Positions 41,020 to 54,016 of a stretch of DNA of 64,000 nt are shown piece by piece (within the stretch, counting starts at the first letter, position 1; every line of letters begins with the position of its first letter). The notes under the pieces are model-generated. The model ran no database searches and was not told the origin of the DNA. It worked only from the letters and a program-made list of their open reading frames with translations. The stretch comes from Eledone cirrhosa. Taxonomy: Eukaryota. The DNA is taken from contig OZ024740.1 in the NCBI GenBank assembly GCA_964016885.1, forward strand, positions 44,516,001 to 44,580,000, in the 5' to 3' direction. The translations under genes and the position numbers were made by a program.

Positions 41020-42650
41020 TCCTTTAGGTAGAAAGAGGTACCCACACAGTCAAGGATTGATAAATAATAGGTTTATATAACTAGAACAGAAGCTAGTATG
41101 CCAAACTATCTGCTGACCTAGTGGGCATTTGGACTCAGAACTATCTTGTGATAAGACCTAAGTTATTTCACCAAGATTAATATTGAGAACATTAGAAAGC
41201 TGAGTGCTTACTTGTAGTTGTCCATTAAATAAAGTATCTTTCCCTGCTGTTGAATTAAGCTTGGGAGGTGGGAGAAAGTGCCAAAATTACATACCAGCAT
41301 ACTAGCTTTATGATATACAGTACTTAGTAGTTTTCAGAATCTTTCTATATTAACTTATGAAAGTAATTTCTTAATGGCAGCCAGTAATTATAACATCTGC
41401 AGTATTTTGTATTTTTACTGTATATTTATAAAGGTTCTAAACGTTTGAACATACAATTTGCCATCATTTATTTGAATATTTATCATATTTTATTAATTAA
41501 CAAATATACTGAAAACAGAGAAGCAAAAACAAAAAGTGAAATGAAGTTATCTTCATCAAAATCTTTATCAAAGAGGCTAATACTAGAGATAGTAGACCAA
41601 CTAAAAACATATGTTTCACAACTAAATATAACAAAATTTACACATATTCTACTTTGGTATAGATTTTATCAAAAGCACAAATATAGAGCAACAGAAATAT
41701 ATATTCTTTTTGAAAGATTGATTCCATTTAGAATATTTTTATCTTAAATGTAAACTATTATCATTTAGTTAGTTTATGAAGCATTAGGAAATTTGCAATG
41801 TGAAAATATGTTTGCTTGTCCTTTTGAGATGCCACAATACAGATACATATAAATTACAAGATGTTGAGAATTAATTTTAGAGAGAGTATTTTTTTATATG
41901 GAGAAAATGTTTCACCAACCTCAAATAAATATGAATAATTAGAATAATTCTCTTTAACAGAATTCACAGGATGTTTCAAATCATGAAGTTTATAATAATT
42001 ATACATATATGTTGAAATATCATCTCTATGTTAAAAGAAAATCAATTAATTGTAGGTATAATTACATCTTGAAGAAGATGTCTCACATTCATTCAACCTC
42101 AGTGAACATAACCTTGGCCAGGAAGTATTGATGTCATCAGACAGTGTTTAACATTCGTTGTGTGTTTCAACCCTCGCCTATAACACCTTCTCACTGGTGG
42201 GTCAGCAGTAGTGGCCAAATTACTGCCCATTTTCACCTCCTAGCTTCCAACTTATCTTCTCTCTCCTACTCCAAAGCCAACAAGAGACCCTTTCTGCTCC
42301 CTCCCCCATCCAACAAACTGCAGCATTCTTCTCGCTTCCTATCATTCCAATGGCAGTGAGCATTCTCCACACTGAGTGAGCCGGAAATCCCCTGCAGCCC
42401 ACCTCAACTAGAAATAGCCATCCCTTCCAACCTTTCTCCCTACACTCATGTACAAGTTATTTTATATTTGGCATCAATCTATATATGTTATTTTATTCAT
42501 TTACTGACTTCAGTCATTAAACTGAAGCCATGCTGGGACACCACCTTGATTTAGTTGATCAAATTGACCCCAGTACATATTTTCTTTCAGTAATGTACCT
42601 ATTTTGTTGATCTTTTTCGTTGAACTGCTAAGTCACAGATCATAAACACA

Positions 42651-42694
<44 letters not shown>

Positions 42695-43028
42695 GGAGGC
42701 ACATGGTTAGAGCATTGGCCTTGCAATCGAAAGGTTGTGAGTTCAATTCTCAGACCGGGTGATGTGTTGTGTCCTTGAGCAAGACACTTTATTTCACATT
42801 GCTCCAGTTTACTCAGCTGTAGAAATGAGATGATAGGGACTGGGGTCCATATCATTCCACTGCAAAGTGGACGTGGAGGTGCCACGGCAAAAAAACACCT
42901 AGCCCACACTGTAAATGAGGTTGGTGTTAGGAAGGGCATCCAGCTGTAGAAATCAAGCCAGAATCAGTTCCCGTCCCACCCTTGTAAGCAGGGAAAAGCA
43001 GACGTAAAATGAAATGATGATGAAATGA
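42695..43028 (+). mobile_element. SINE family B
   Basis: Matches 13830-14163. Confidence 0.9.
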
Positions 43029-43265
43029 TATATTTAATTAGAAAGTGAACAACACAAAATATAACTACTCCATTACCAAAGGTTTCTGGATCACAGACGA
43101 TAATAATATACGTCTGGATCGGTCGTCAGACAGAGATGTTATCGAGATGTTATAACATCTCTGTCTGACGAGGATCCAGACGTATATTATTATCGCCTAT
43201 GATCCAGAAACCTTTGGTAATGGAGTAGTTATATTTTGTGTTGTTTACTTTCTAATTAAATATAT
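43029..43265. mobile_element. Near-perfect palindromic Penelope-like end pair with two hammerheads
   Basis: Arms about 43029-43142 and 43152-43265 are reverse complements; TA flanks. Confidence 0.8.
43159..43225 (+). ncRNA. Type I hammerhead ribozyme; inverted copy at about 43068-43135 (-)
   Basis: ctctgt-CTGACGA(43165-71)-ggatc...gatcc-a-GAAACC-ttt-GGTA(43217-19)-atggag. Confidence 0.85.
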
Positions 43266-43270
43266 ATATA

Positions 43271-43562
43271 TGGCACATGGCTACATGGTTAGAGCATTGG
43301 CCTTGCAATCGAAAGGTTGTGAGTTCAATTCTCAGACTGGGTGATGTGTTGTTTCCTTGAGCACGACACTTTATTTCACATTGCTCCAGTTTACTCAGCT
43401 GTATATGCCACGGCAAAAAACACCCAGCACTCACTGTAAATGAGGTTGGTGTTAGGAAGGGCATCCAGCTGTAGAAACCAAGCCAGAATCAGTTCCCGTC
43501 CCACCCTTGCAAGCAGGGAAAAAGTGGACGTAAAATGAAATGATGATGATGATGATGATGAT
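43271..43562 (+). mobile_element. SINE family B, internally deleted
   Basis: Head, core and RTE-type tail. Confidence 0.85.
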
Positions 43563-43581
43563 ATATATATATATATATATA

Positions 43582-43710
43582 TCACAGAAAAAAAGAGAAT
43601 CAGTGTTGCGACGAAAGGGATTTATTGGATATCATACTCTGCTCTACGAGGGCATTGAGTGCTTATACGGCCTACCGCATATGGACGCTTTAAGCATCCA
43701 ACACCAATCA
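43582..43710. mobile_element. Mini insertion of the 57-kb family (short inverted piece plus tail)
   Basis: agaatcagtg.tgc matches the 57035 region; atatcatactctgctc...taccgc.tatgga matches the reverse complement of 56960-57026. Confidence 0.6.
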
Positions 43711-43719
43711 TATATATAT

Positions 43720-45632
43720 ATCAAAATGAAAATCCGAAGGCAAGGTAAAATTCCAATCATTTAATCACGACACATGTTTCAATAAGAGATAGATCGATTG
43801 TGAAGCCATGATCGATTATCACTGATCTTATCAGGTGAAAATGAATTGTCTTCAAATTCTTGATATGAGGGAGAAGAAATAACGATGTTCTCTCACAGAA
43901 TTCATTCCCTTATATGGAGACACACCAGTCAGTCAGAGACACGGCGACTGCTATTATCTTCAGTTGAGGTCATAAAAGTTTTCAGATTTCTATCCCTGCA
44001 AAAGACGCTGGACATTAATCAAATCTGTAAGGATACAGTCAGTCACAGTTAAAAGTGAGTGGGTACACACACACTCCACACCCACATACATCAGCTCGAG
44101 GTCAAAGAAAAATATATACATATATATAACCACATCAACACAGTATTAAACCCGTAGAATTAGCGTGGGTAGGTACACACACACTTTCACACACACCGAA
44201 GCGATGTCCGAGAAAAAAACAAATATAATAATACAAATATAAGAATGTACCAACACAGCACTCACCGAAAGTTAGTTCACAAAGCAACAGAAGCTATGTC
44301 GGTCAAATCTCAATTTGACGATGTAAATTGGAAATATTGGGTTAACCAACGCCCCACTCATACACACACACACGTGTGTTCTGCTATACGTGTATAGATC
44401 GAATTGTAACATCCATATGAGCTTTTAAGATAGTTGTTTGAGTGGTGAAGGTGTGTTATCCAACACAGAAGGTGTTTACTTCACCTTCTGTGTTGGATAA
44501 CACACCTCCACCACTCAAACAACTATCTTAAAAGCTCATTGGTTCATGTGACGGGAAATCGCACTTGCGGACACATTTACCCAATACCCAACCCTACACG
44601 GAGCCCTTTGCCGGCCCACATTGCAGTTGCTTGCACGCACGGATTTGGTGAAAAGGGTTCTCAACAGGACAGCGGTACACAAGGAGTTCGACATGAGCTG
44701 ATTGCTTGCTCTTCACATGGATGTGTATATACCCGGACATACCCTTTTTTGGACGATTCGGATGTGTAAATACCATAACATTCACTTGAAGATATGGATG
44801 TTACAATTCGATCTATACACGTATAGCAGAACACACGTGTGTGTGTGTATGAGTGGGGCGTTGGTTAACCCAATATTTCCAATTTACATCGTCAAATTGA
44901 GATTTGACCGACATAGCTTCTGTTGCTTTGTGAACTAACTTTCGGTGAGTGCTGTGTTGGTACATTCTTATATTTGTATTATTATATTTGTTTTTTTCTC
45001 GGACATCGCTTCGGTGTGTGTGAAAGTGTGTGTGTACCTACCCACGCTAATTCTACGGGTTTAATACTGTGTTGATGTGGTTATATATATGTATATATTT
45101 TTCTTTGACCTCGAGCTGATGTATGTGGGTGTGGAGTGTGTGTGTACCCACTCACTTTTAACTGTGACTGACTGTATCCTTACAGATTTGATTAATGTCC
45201 AGCGTCTTTTGCAGCGATAGAAATCTGAAAACTTTTATGACCTCAACTAAAGCTAATAGCAGTCGCCATGTCTCTGACTGACTGGTGTGTCTCCATATGA
45301 GGGAATGAATTCTATGAGAGAACATCGTTATTTCTTCTCCCTCATATCAAGAATTTGAAGACAATTCATTTTCACCTGATGAGATCAGTGATAATCGATC
45401 ATGGCTTCACAATCGATCTATCTCTTATTGAAACATGTGTCGTGATTAAATGATTGGAATTTTACCTTGCCTTCGGATTTTTATTTTGATACTTATACTC
45501 CGTTTTACATCATCTAGCTGTTCCTTCGAATGGAATTGGAGATATACAAAAGCGTGGAGAACTTAATATTGCTAATATAAAGTTATTGGACCATTTTACA
45601 CAACCAATAATGCACCTTACTATATAACAACT
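43720..45632. mobile_element. Palindromic Penelope-like insertion of about 1.9 kb with hammerheads
   Basis: 43720-44474 is the reverse complement of 44482-45490 apart from an extra 253 nt or so (44539-44791) in the right arm; right tail about 45491-45632; TA flanks. Confidence 0.8.
45372..45445 (+). ncRNA. Type I hammerhead ribozyme; the inverted copy at 43765-43838 reads CUGAUAA
   Basis: tcac-CTGATGA(45376-82)-imperfect long stem II-GAAAC-atgt-GTC(45439-41)-gtga. Confidence 0.75.
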
Positions 45633-45633
45633 A

Positions 45634-45664
<31 letters not shown>

Positions 45665-45665
45665 G

Positions 45666-47350
45666 TAGTACGACAACTACAGGAGAAGTACCTAGCTAAA
45701 GGTAAACCCCTCTACTTAGCTTTTGTCGACTTGGAGAAAGCCTTCGACAGAGTCCCCCGCTCCATTATCTGGTGGGCTCTTAGAAAACTAGGCGTTGACG
45801 AATGGCTTGTGAGGGCTATACAAGCCATGTATAAAGAAACAGTCAGCAAGGTTAGAATTAACAACGAATATAGTGAAGAGTTTAGCGTAAAAGTTGGCGT
45901 CCATCAGGGCTCTGTTCTCAGTCCACTACTATTTATTATTGCCCTTCAGGCTATAACAGAGGAGTTCAAGACAGGCTGCCCATGGGAACTCCTATACGCA
46001 GACGACCTGACACTCATAGCGGAATCAATGGCCGAGCTAGAGAAGAAATTCCAAACATGGAAGCACGGCCTAGAGTCAAAAGGACTTAAAATTAACCTGG
46101 CTAAGACCAAAGTACTAGTTTGTAGGAAAGAAAACAAGGCGGCGGTCCCTTCTGGGAAATGGTCGTGCTCGGTGTGTAGGAAAGGCGTAGGTAGAAACTC
46201 CATTTTATGTCCTAAATGCAAAGTATGGGTGCATAAAAGATGTAGTGGGATCACAGGTAAGCTAACTAAGAACATAGATTTTACATGTGGCCGGTGCTCT
46301 GGTGCAATAAGTAGCAGCAAGTGCCCACAAACTACTAGCTCTTTCAATTGCGCAGAGGGTTCTATAGAAATAGTGGACAGCTTCCGTTACCTGGGCGATA
46401 AAATCAGCAGTGGGGGAGGGTGCTCTGAAAGTACTGTAGCTAGAGTCAGAACTGGTTGGAAAAAGTTCAGAGAGCTTATACCACTATTAGCTGCTAAAGG
46501 GTTCTCACTAAAAATGAAAGGCAGGTTGTACGATGCCTGCATACGAACAGCAATGCTGCATGGCAGTGAGACCTGGGCATTGTGTGCAGAGGATATACGC
46601 AGACTAGAGAGGAACGAAGCTTGCATGCTCCGCTGGATGTGTAACAGTAATATACGTGAACGGCAAAGCATAAACGAACTAAGGAAAAAATTAGAGATAA
46701 GAGGGATCAGATGTTGTTTACTCGAGAGAAGGCTACGTTGGTATGGACACGTGATGCGCATGAAAGTCGATAGCTGTATAACAAAGTGCAGGGCAATAAA
46801 GATAGACGGTAGTCACGGAATAGGCAGACCTAGAAAAACCTGGGACGAGCTGATAAACTCCGACATCACACACTTACACCTCTCCAAGACAATGTCACTG
46901 GACCGAGACCTTTGGCGGTACTCAGTAACAGAGAAGACCCGCCTTACCTAAATATATAGTAAAACCTACTCCAGCCAGTAGGCATCTCTAACAAAATACA
47001 CCCCGTCCCACCACCACCACCCCCACCCGATCCACACCACCCCGTTCTATGTAAAGTTATGTTGGTGCCGCGCCATCGAGGCCGAAACAAATGAGATCGT
47101 GTAGGTGTCACGACAAAAAAACACACAGTCCACGCTGTAATGTGGCCGTGTAGGCAACACGGTAAAAACCTCCCAGACCCACACTGTAAATGTGGTTGGT
47201 GTTAGGAAGGGCATCCAACTGTAGAAAACCTGCCAGACAGTCCTATGCGAGCAAGACAATCACTCTTGCCTCAAGTGGGAATACCCCCGTCCAAACCCAT
47301 GCAAGCGTGGAACACGGACGTTAAACGTTGATGATGATGATGATGATGAT
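45666..47350 (+). mobile_element. 5'-truncated RTE LINE of a second subfamily; frame open from about 45668 to 46951
   Basis: [11 protein letters not shown]...[26 protein letters not shown]-like finger, RRLRWYGHV; (GAT)n tail; TA flanks. Confidence 0.95.
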
Positions 47351-47849
47351 ATACATATATATATATAACATGTGCTGTTCCATCTAATTCCACTTTCAAA
47401 GTAAGGATCAATTAAAAAACCATGCCAGAAGACAATTGCTTATGGTTCTGCACAGTGGAACTGAACCCAAAATGAATAAGTTATATCTGTATACAGATAT
47501 AACTTCATCATACACTTCATACACTTCCTGCATTTAACATTCATCTTTATTCCAGGAAAAATTGTGCGGACTGGATATATTGTTAGTCTATTGAAAAGAA
47601 GAAGCTCCTATATGGTCACATGACCTATAAGAAATAGTAGTTAAATCTTCCTCAAAACACAAAAGTCAAAACATGGGGATAATATTCTTTGATACACTGT
47701 ATCTGTAAATTAGACGGCATGGACATCATGAGATTCTTTTGATCACAGATTTGCTGAAGCAGAGGTTAAGCAACAGCAGCAGTCACTATGTTGTATGGCT
47801 GTATAAATATCATATAGAAATAAACAACTACTTCACTGTATGATTATGA

Positions 47850-48190
47850 TTTTTTCTTTTTTCTTTTTGGTCTGGAGAAAAAAGTACCTATAGCTTTGAT
47901 AGGCCCTCTAAGAGTAGTGAGGTTCATGACGTTAATGTCCTGCTTAAACAGCTGCAAGTCCACTCTTTTTGGAAAGAAATAAGCATGAAAGTAGGCTAAC
48001 ATTTTAGACAGGAAAGGCTGCGTGTAGGGGTTAATGTAGGGCCAGGGAAAAGGGGACACTTGGTTGATGAGAGGGACAAATGAGTCAGGAGTATCAGAGT
48101 AGTGGTGGCATGAGACTAGCAAGCTCCAAAGATCAGGAATCACTCTAATATTGGCAGAAGATGCTGATGGAGCAGACTATAAATCAGTGA
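47850..48190 (-). mobile_element. Possible CR1/L2-type LINE 3' relic
   Basis: Degenerate ...FP...L..FKQDIN C-terminal pattern followed by an A-rich tail. Confidence 0.35.
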
Positions 48191-49149
48191 ACCAGACATT
48201 AGAAAGTGTTTGTGAATGACTTACTTTAAACCAATTATCTGATTTTTTTTTTTTCTGCATTCAGTCTATAATGTTAATATAAGTAACAGCAGCATTTTCT
48301 TGATGAAGGAGCAGTGTCTTGTTGCAGATCTCACCTGAGCCATGTAGGAGATCATTAATTGTTAGAGTTCAAATATTTATTTGCTTAGGTTGAGGAGAAG
48401 CCTATTTACTTTCTGGTTCAACTTTGCCTTTAATCATTCCAAGAGCAATAAAATGAAGTACCAGTTCAATGTAATTGACTTTTCCCTCTCCCTAAAAAAT
48501 TGATGCTCTTGAGCCTAAATTGGAAACCATTAATTGTGAGGGGTTGAAGAAATTTCTATAACTGATAAGGAGAACCAATCTTTCAGATGCAGTACTAGCT
48601 CAGTTAAGGATGTTGTGGAAAATCCTTAGTGATGGCGGTGTCTGGAAGGATCACATAGAATCCAATAGCATGCTGTTCATGCTGAAGGAAGGAGAGTTGT
48701 GATGATGTTTACTTGAAATAGGTAGTGCTTATGTTGTATATAATATAGTCTTAGATACACTGTAGAAACCTCAGATATATCTAGATATGCAAGCTTTCAT
48801 AATAAAAACAAGCAACATCAATCACATTAATGGAAACACACACACGTATATATATAAATTGAAGACATATACATCTATACACAAGTATAGATATACATAT
48901 GAGGACGTTCAACCAATACCAGTTTTGCTTGATGAAAGAATTAACAGAAATCAATTTATCAGAACATAATAAAATTATAGTTGGGAAACATAAACAAGAT
49001 AAGAAAAACAGTTCTAGTCCTGTACAAGTCATTTCTATATGAAATAGTTATGAAATAGTGATGCTTATATTCTACCAAAGTATTGAGTACCTTCTTCAGC
49101 TGAGGTCACATCTCGATCCCTTTTGGGGAATCTACCTATTTTATATATA

Positions 49150-51420
49150 TATAGCACCACAAACCTCACCAACCATCCCACCAGATTACATAGCCTAACT
49201 TCACATAAACATAGATTGTAGGTGTGTGGCTTCAATGCACTCTACACACTCTGGTTTTCAAATAGTTTCCATAACAAAAGAGGTAACTTAATATCATCAC
49301 AACAAAAACCTCCCTTTACATCCTAAACAATCCCCACCAACACACACACATACATCACCAAACCAGCTACAACAGATCTCTCACCCCAGCCCCAGCCTCT
49401 CCAAATCACCATCTGCTTTACACACCAAGCTACCACAACTAACTGACAAACAACTCTCCATCTTCTCTTGTACTACTTACTAATCATCACAATTCACTCA
49501 CATATCAATGAAGAACATAAATATAGAAAAAAAAATACTCTTAAAAGTTTTAGAAAAAGACAATGGAATGACATCCATCAAGAGATAGAATGATGGTTTT
49601 CAGAATTCAATACACATTCAACAAAATATTCATAGCAACATATAAACAAACTTGTCCCACAAAGTAACATAAACAAATACAACCCCAATTACTCACTAGA
49701 AATAGTCATTATTATCATCATCATCATAAAAAAGAAATGGAGAAAATCTAAAGCGTGATACACCAACACCACACACAACTGAAATAAAACATCAAAGAAA
49801 TAAGGAAAATAGCTCACAAATAATAATAATACATCATAGAAAAACATTTGGCAACATTTGTATCCATCATAAACCACAAAACTAATGTAGTGTAATTAGT
49901 ATCACCAACAACCAAAACAACTGTCACACTACACACCATATCAAAATAAAAACCTCAAATAATATACCCACTTTGTAAAAGCAAGCATATACTCTTATTA
50001 GATATTTCTCGAAAATTAACCACCAAATACCACACAAAGAAGACAGAAACACAAACTAAACCATATGCTCTTCCACCTAGATCACACTTTTGACCTCTTC
50101 AAACAACCAAAAAGCAATTTAGAAATCTAAAAACTCAATAGCTTCAGGACAAAATAAAATCACAAAATAACAAACATACATTGCTGGTGCCGTGATAAAA
50201 ATGACACAGCCCATCCTGTAAAGTAGTAGTGCTGGAGGCATAATAAAATGTTCCCAGTACACACTGTAAAGTAGTTGGTTTATGGAAGGGTATCCAGCCA
50301 TATATACCAAGCTAAAACAGAATGTATGAACAGACATGGTCACTTGGCTGGTTTAACCTCAGAATGTGACAGTATGTTTAACCCATGCATGCATGAAAAA
50401 TAGATGTGAAATGGCAATGTTAATTCCGATGATGACATTTAAAATACAAGGGGAATAGCTGTTCTCTATCCTCTACATTTACTTGTCAAATTGCCAGAAT
50501 GTTGAAGCTGGGCAAAATTACTTGAATTGTAAAGCTCAACAAAAACACAAGTGTAGTACCATCATAAAGACCTATCACTTTCCTATCCATACCCTAAATC
50601 TCTGACATCTCTAGCTCCTATATACCCCTATCCAAGTCATAACACAAATTCAGACCACATCACTCAGCCATCACACTGCTATCAAACCTGCAGAAAATAC
50701 ATGATGGCTATAAAAAAAAAACCTCCCATGAGTCATTTTAATTACTATTGAAATTAGCAAAGCTGGTGACTCCATTTACCACTACCCACTCATACAAAAA
50801 CATACAATCAATATAACCTTAAGAAACAAAACAAAATGCTGGCTAGCAAATTGCCTGTCATGCCATCAAACCTTTGTTGTGTACAAGGATAGCACTCCCT
50901 GAACCAGCAATTTCTTGGGTATCACACAGTTCTGTACTCTCATCCACTTTTTTTAATCTATATACTTATATAACATTTCCACATCCTTACAAAACAAACA
51001 CACATTCTCATACAGAGATGAAATAACATTCACATCCTCCTGTAATATTCCAGAAACTGCTGAATGACTACTTAATAACTTAGAAACCCAGCTACAAAAC
51101 AATAGGCTTATATAGCAATTATGAATTACATTATCCCCTTTCTTATCTACAACACTATAAAAATATCAAATAAAGCCAGCCAACAGATATACACATTGAA
51201 CAACATAAATATGCAACATACAGAGAAGACAAAAATACTAAATTCCTTTGCAACTCTCACATGTAAATCAGATATAGTAATGTAAGGTAAACAATTACAG
51301 GTACCAGATTTCAATAAGAGAAAGAAACAAGGATCAACAGACAATATATTAGATCCAAACATGGACTATACCAATCATACCTGTAGCCTCAATCAATACA
51401 CAACAAATCCTGCAAAGCTC
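49150..51420 (+). mobile_element. Ancient A/C-rich LINE relic interrupted by an RTE tail (about 50180-50440)
   Basis: Remnants resembling [14 protein letters not shown] (about 50917-50965) and SYADD (about 51005-51025). Confidence 0.45.
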
Positions 51421-51924
51421 AAAAATTTTCCCAGGCTGATAAAATAAAGTACTTATCAAGTACCGGGGTTGATTGAATTAAATTTCCCATCCCTCAAAAT
51501 GCTTTCCTTGAGCTTGAATTAGAAACCATAATATTTAATTTCAAAATAGTCATCCTTCATATTGACTATATTTAACTAATATTAGTCAGTGAAACTATAT
51601 TTCGCTTTTCTCGTTGTAAATATAAATTTAATTATTTGCAATTTATTTTGCTCATTACATTAAATATGTTATCACTGACTCAACCATTTTAGATATTTTC
51701 TGCAGACATTTGAAAAGAAGCCAATATTTTAGAAACGGTAAACTGTGCAACTTAGCATTTTATTATCAACACACAAACATCATCAAGGACTTTATCTTTG
51801 AACAGTAAATTTGAACAGCTGAACATTCAGCATTTCAAATTAGATTACATGTTACATAAGTAATGGTCTTCCATTACTTATAGTAGTAACTTGATGATAT
51901 GTATGTGTGTGTGTGTATATATAT

Positions 51925-52252
51925 AGTTCAATTCTCAGACCGGGTGATGCGTTGTTTCCTTGAGCAAGACACTTTATTTCACATTAGTCCAGTTTACTCA
52001 GCTGTAGAAATTAGATGATAGGACTATCATTCCACTGCAAAGTGGTCATGGAGGTGCCACGGCAAAAAAGCACCCAGCCCACACTGTAAAGTGGACGCGT
52101 AGGCGCCACGGAAAAAAAGCACCCACCACTCACTGTAAATGAGGTTGGTGTTAGGAAGGGCATCCCGCTGTAGAAATCAAGCCAGAATCAGTTCCCGTCT
52201 CACCCTTGCAAGCAGGGAAAAGCGGACGTAAAATGATGATCATGATGATGAT
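51925..52252 (+). mobile_element. SINE family B, 5'-truncated
   Basis: B-box, core and RTE tail. Confidence 0.85.
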
Positions 52253-52366
52253 ATATATATATATACACATGTATATATATATGTATATCATCATCATCAT
52301 CATCATCTTCATTTAACGTCCATTTTCCATGCTAGCATGGTATATATATATATACATATATATACA

Positions 52367-53031
52367 TGTTGGTGTTAGGAAGGGCATCCAGCTGTAGAAA
52401 TCAAGCCAGAATCAGTTCCCGTATGAGCAAGATATGGTCAGCCGACCGGACACTGCCTACAACAGGACAACCCTTCTAACCCATGCTAGCATGGAAGAAC
52501 GAATGTAAAACGGTGATGATGATGATATATATATATGTTTTAATATATACTTATATCATCATCATATCATCATCACCGTTTTACGTCCATTCTTCCACGC
52601 TAGCATGGGTTAGACGGGTTGTCCTGTTGTAGGCAGTGTGCGGTCGGCTGACCATATCTTGCTCATACGGGAACTGATTCTGGCTTGATTTCTACAGCTG
52701 GATGCCCTTCCTAACACCAACCTCATTTACAGTGAGTGCGGGGTGCTTTTTTTCATGGCGCCTACACGACCACTTTACATTGTGGGCTGGGTGCTTTTTT
52801 GCCGTGGCACCTCCACGACCACTTTTTCTATATGCTTCAGCTTCAACTTGTACCCGTGGGGGGTCGGATCTTCTGTAATACTGCGTGATGCCAGAGGTCA
52901 CGGTCTGTGTCATCGTGACCTCATATATCATCATCATCATCATCATTGTTTAACATCTATCTTCCACGCTAGCATGGGTTTAGACGGGAATTGTCCCACT
53001 TTTCTATGGCTGGATGCCCTTCCTAACACCA

Positions 53032-53032
<1 letters not shown>
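52367..53032. mobile_element. Cluster of RTE 3' ends: 52367-52527 (+), 52556-52922 (-), 52927-53032 (-)
   Basis: Match 16670-17040; (GAT)n or (CAT)n tails. Confidence 0.85.
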
Positions 53033-53073
<41 letters not shown>

Positions 53074-53094
53074 TATATATATATGTATATATAT

Positions 53095-53282
53095 AACGGC
53101 GATGAATTAGTTTTGCGAGGTTTTTGATATGAAATCGTGTGTCGAAACAAATATTGTTATACATTGGGGAGGGTCATATTTGTCTAATAATATTGCCAGA
53201 ATTAATAACCAACCAAACAGTGAGTGTGTTCTGTTATTAATTCTGGCAATATTATTACACAAGTATGACCCTCCCCAAGTAT

Positions 53283-53290
<8 letters not shown>
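53095..53290. mobile_element. Small foldback with a one-sided tail
   Basis: Arms 53151-53209 and 53233-53290; left tail 53095-53150; TA flanks. Confidence 0.65.
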
Positions 53291-53321
<31 letters not shown>

Positions 53322-53326
<5 letters not shown>

Positions 53327-53592
53327 GGTCGTTTTGGAAGCTTCAACAATGCAGATGGGTAAATCTCCGGGTAACAGAATCAGGTGGTAATGAGAGAGGT
53401 GTAAGAGGAAATGTAGAATCAGACGTATAGGGTGTAGAGGAACGTAGGAAAGAGAGTAGAAACAATAACAGGAGATAGAGTTACCTGATTCTGTTACCCA
53501 GAGATTTACCCATCTGCATTGTTGAGGCTTCCAAAATGACCAATTTTATTATACCACAATGCTTCAAGCAAACTTCAACACTCTCTTCATCA
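53322..53592. mobile_element. Foldback Penelope-like end pair
   Basis: Arms about 53323-53385 and 53483-53545; tail caatgcttcaagcaaact resembles the tail of the GIY-YIG element (12081-12100). Confidence 0.7.
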
Positions 53593-53624
53593 TCATCATA
53601 TATATATATAGAGAGAGAGAGAGA

Positions 53625-53978
53625 GTAAGTTAGTTCCACAATATATTAGCAAACCATACTCAAGGACGCATGTTTCACCGAGCGGATTTTCAACCCACAG
53701 CCATACACGGGTTGAAAATCCGCTGTGAAACATGTGCCCTTAAGTATGGTTTGATAATTTGTTATGGATCTAACTTTATACCAAACTCGTCCTATGGACT
53801 AAGTTCTCTACTTACTATGGATATAACCTCCCTGTATTTTACCACACACACATACATATATTTTTTTTTAACCATCTTTTAATTTCTTCTTTAATATATA
53901 CTCCAGTTTTACCTACTGTTGAGTGCTACTTATCTGATATATGCATAGTTTTATTGTTCTACAATATTACTCACCTTC

Positions 53979-53982
<4 letters not shown>
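53625..53982. mobile_element. Foldback with the 3' half of a hammerhead
   Basis: Arms about 53627-53696 and 53709-53776; the minus strand of the left arm reads GAAACatgcGTC; long extension on the right. Confidence 0.6.

Positions 53983-54016
<34 letters not shown>

Noticed and set aside
41212-41246. Possible small minus-strand exon (caacag|...|gtaagc)
   Set aside because: Its open frame ends in phase 0, which is incompatible with the FN3 exon; splice-like sites arise often by chance.
42695-42770. tRNA gene
   Set aside because: tRNA-like head of a multicopy SINE without a complete cloverleaf.
44539-44791. Segment missing from one palindrome arm as a spliced intron or coding region
   Set aside because: The junction does not fit GT-AG removal, and the 76-aa ORF has no recognisable motif.
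52367-52740. Inverted repeat as another Penelope-type foldback
   Set aside because: Two RTE 3' ends lying tail-to-tail, the opposite geometry; probably independent insertions.
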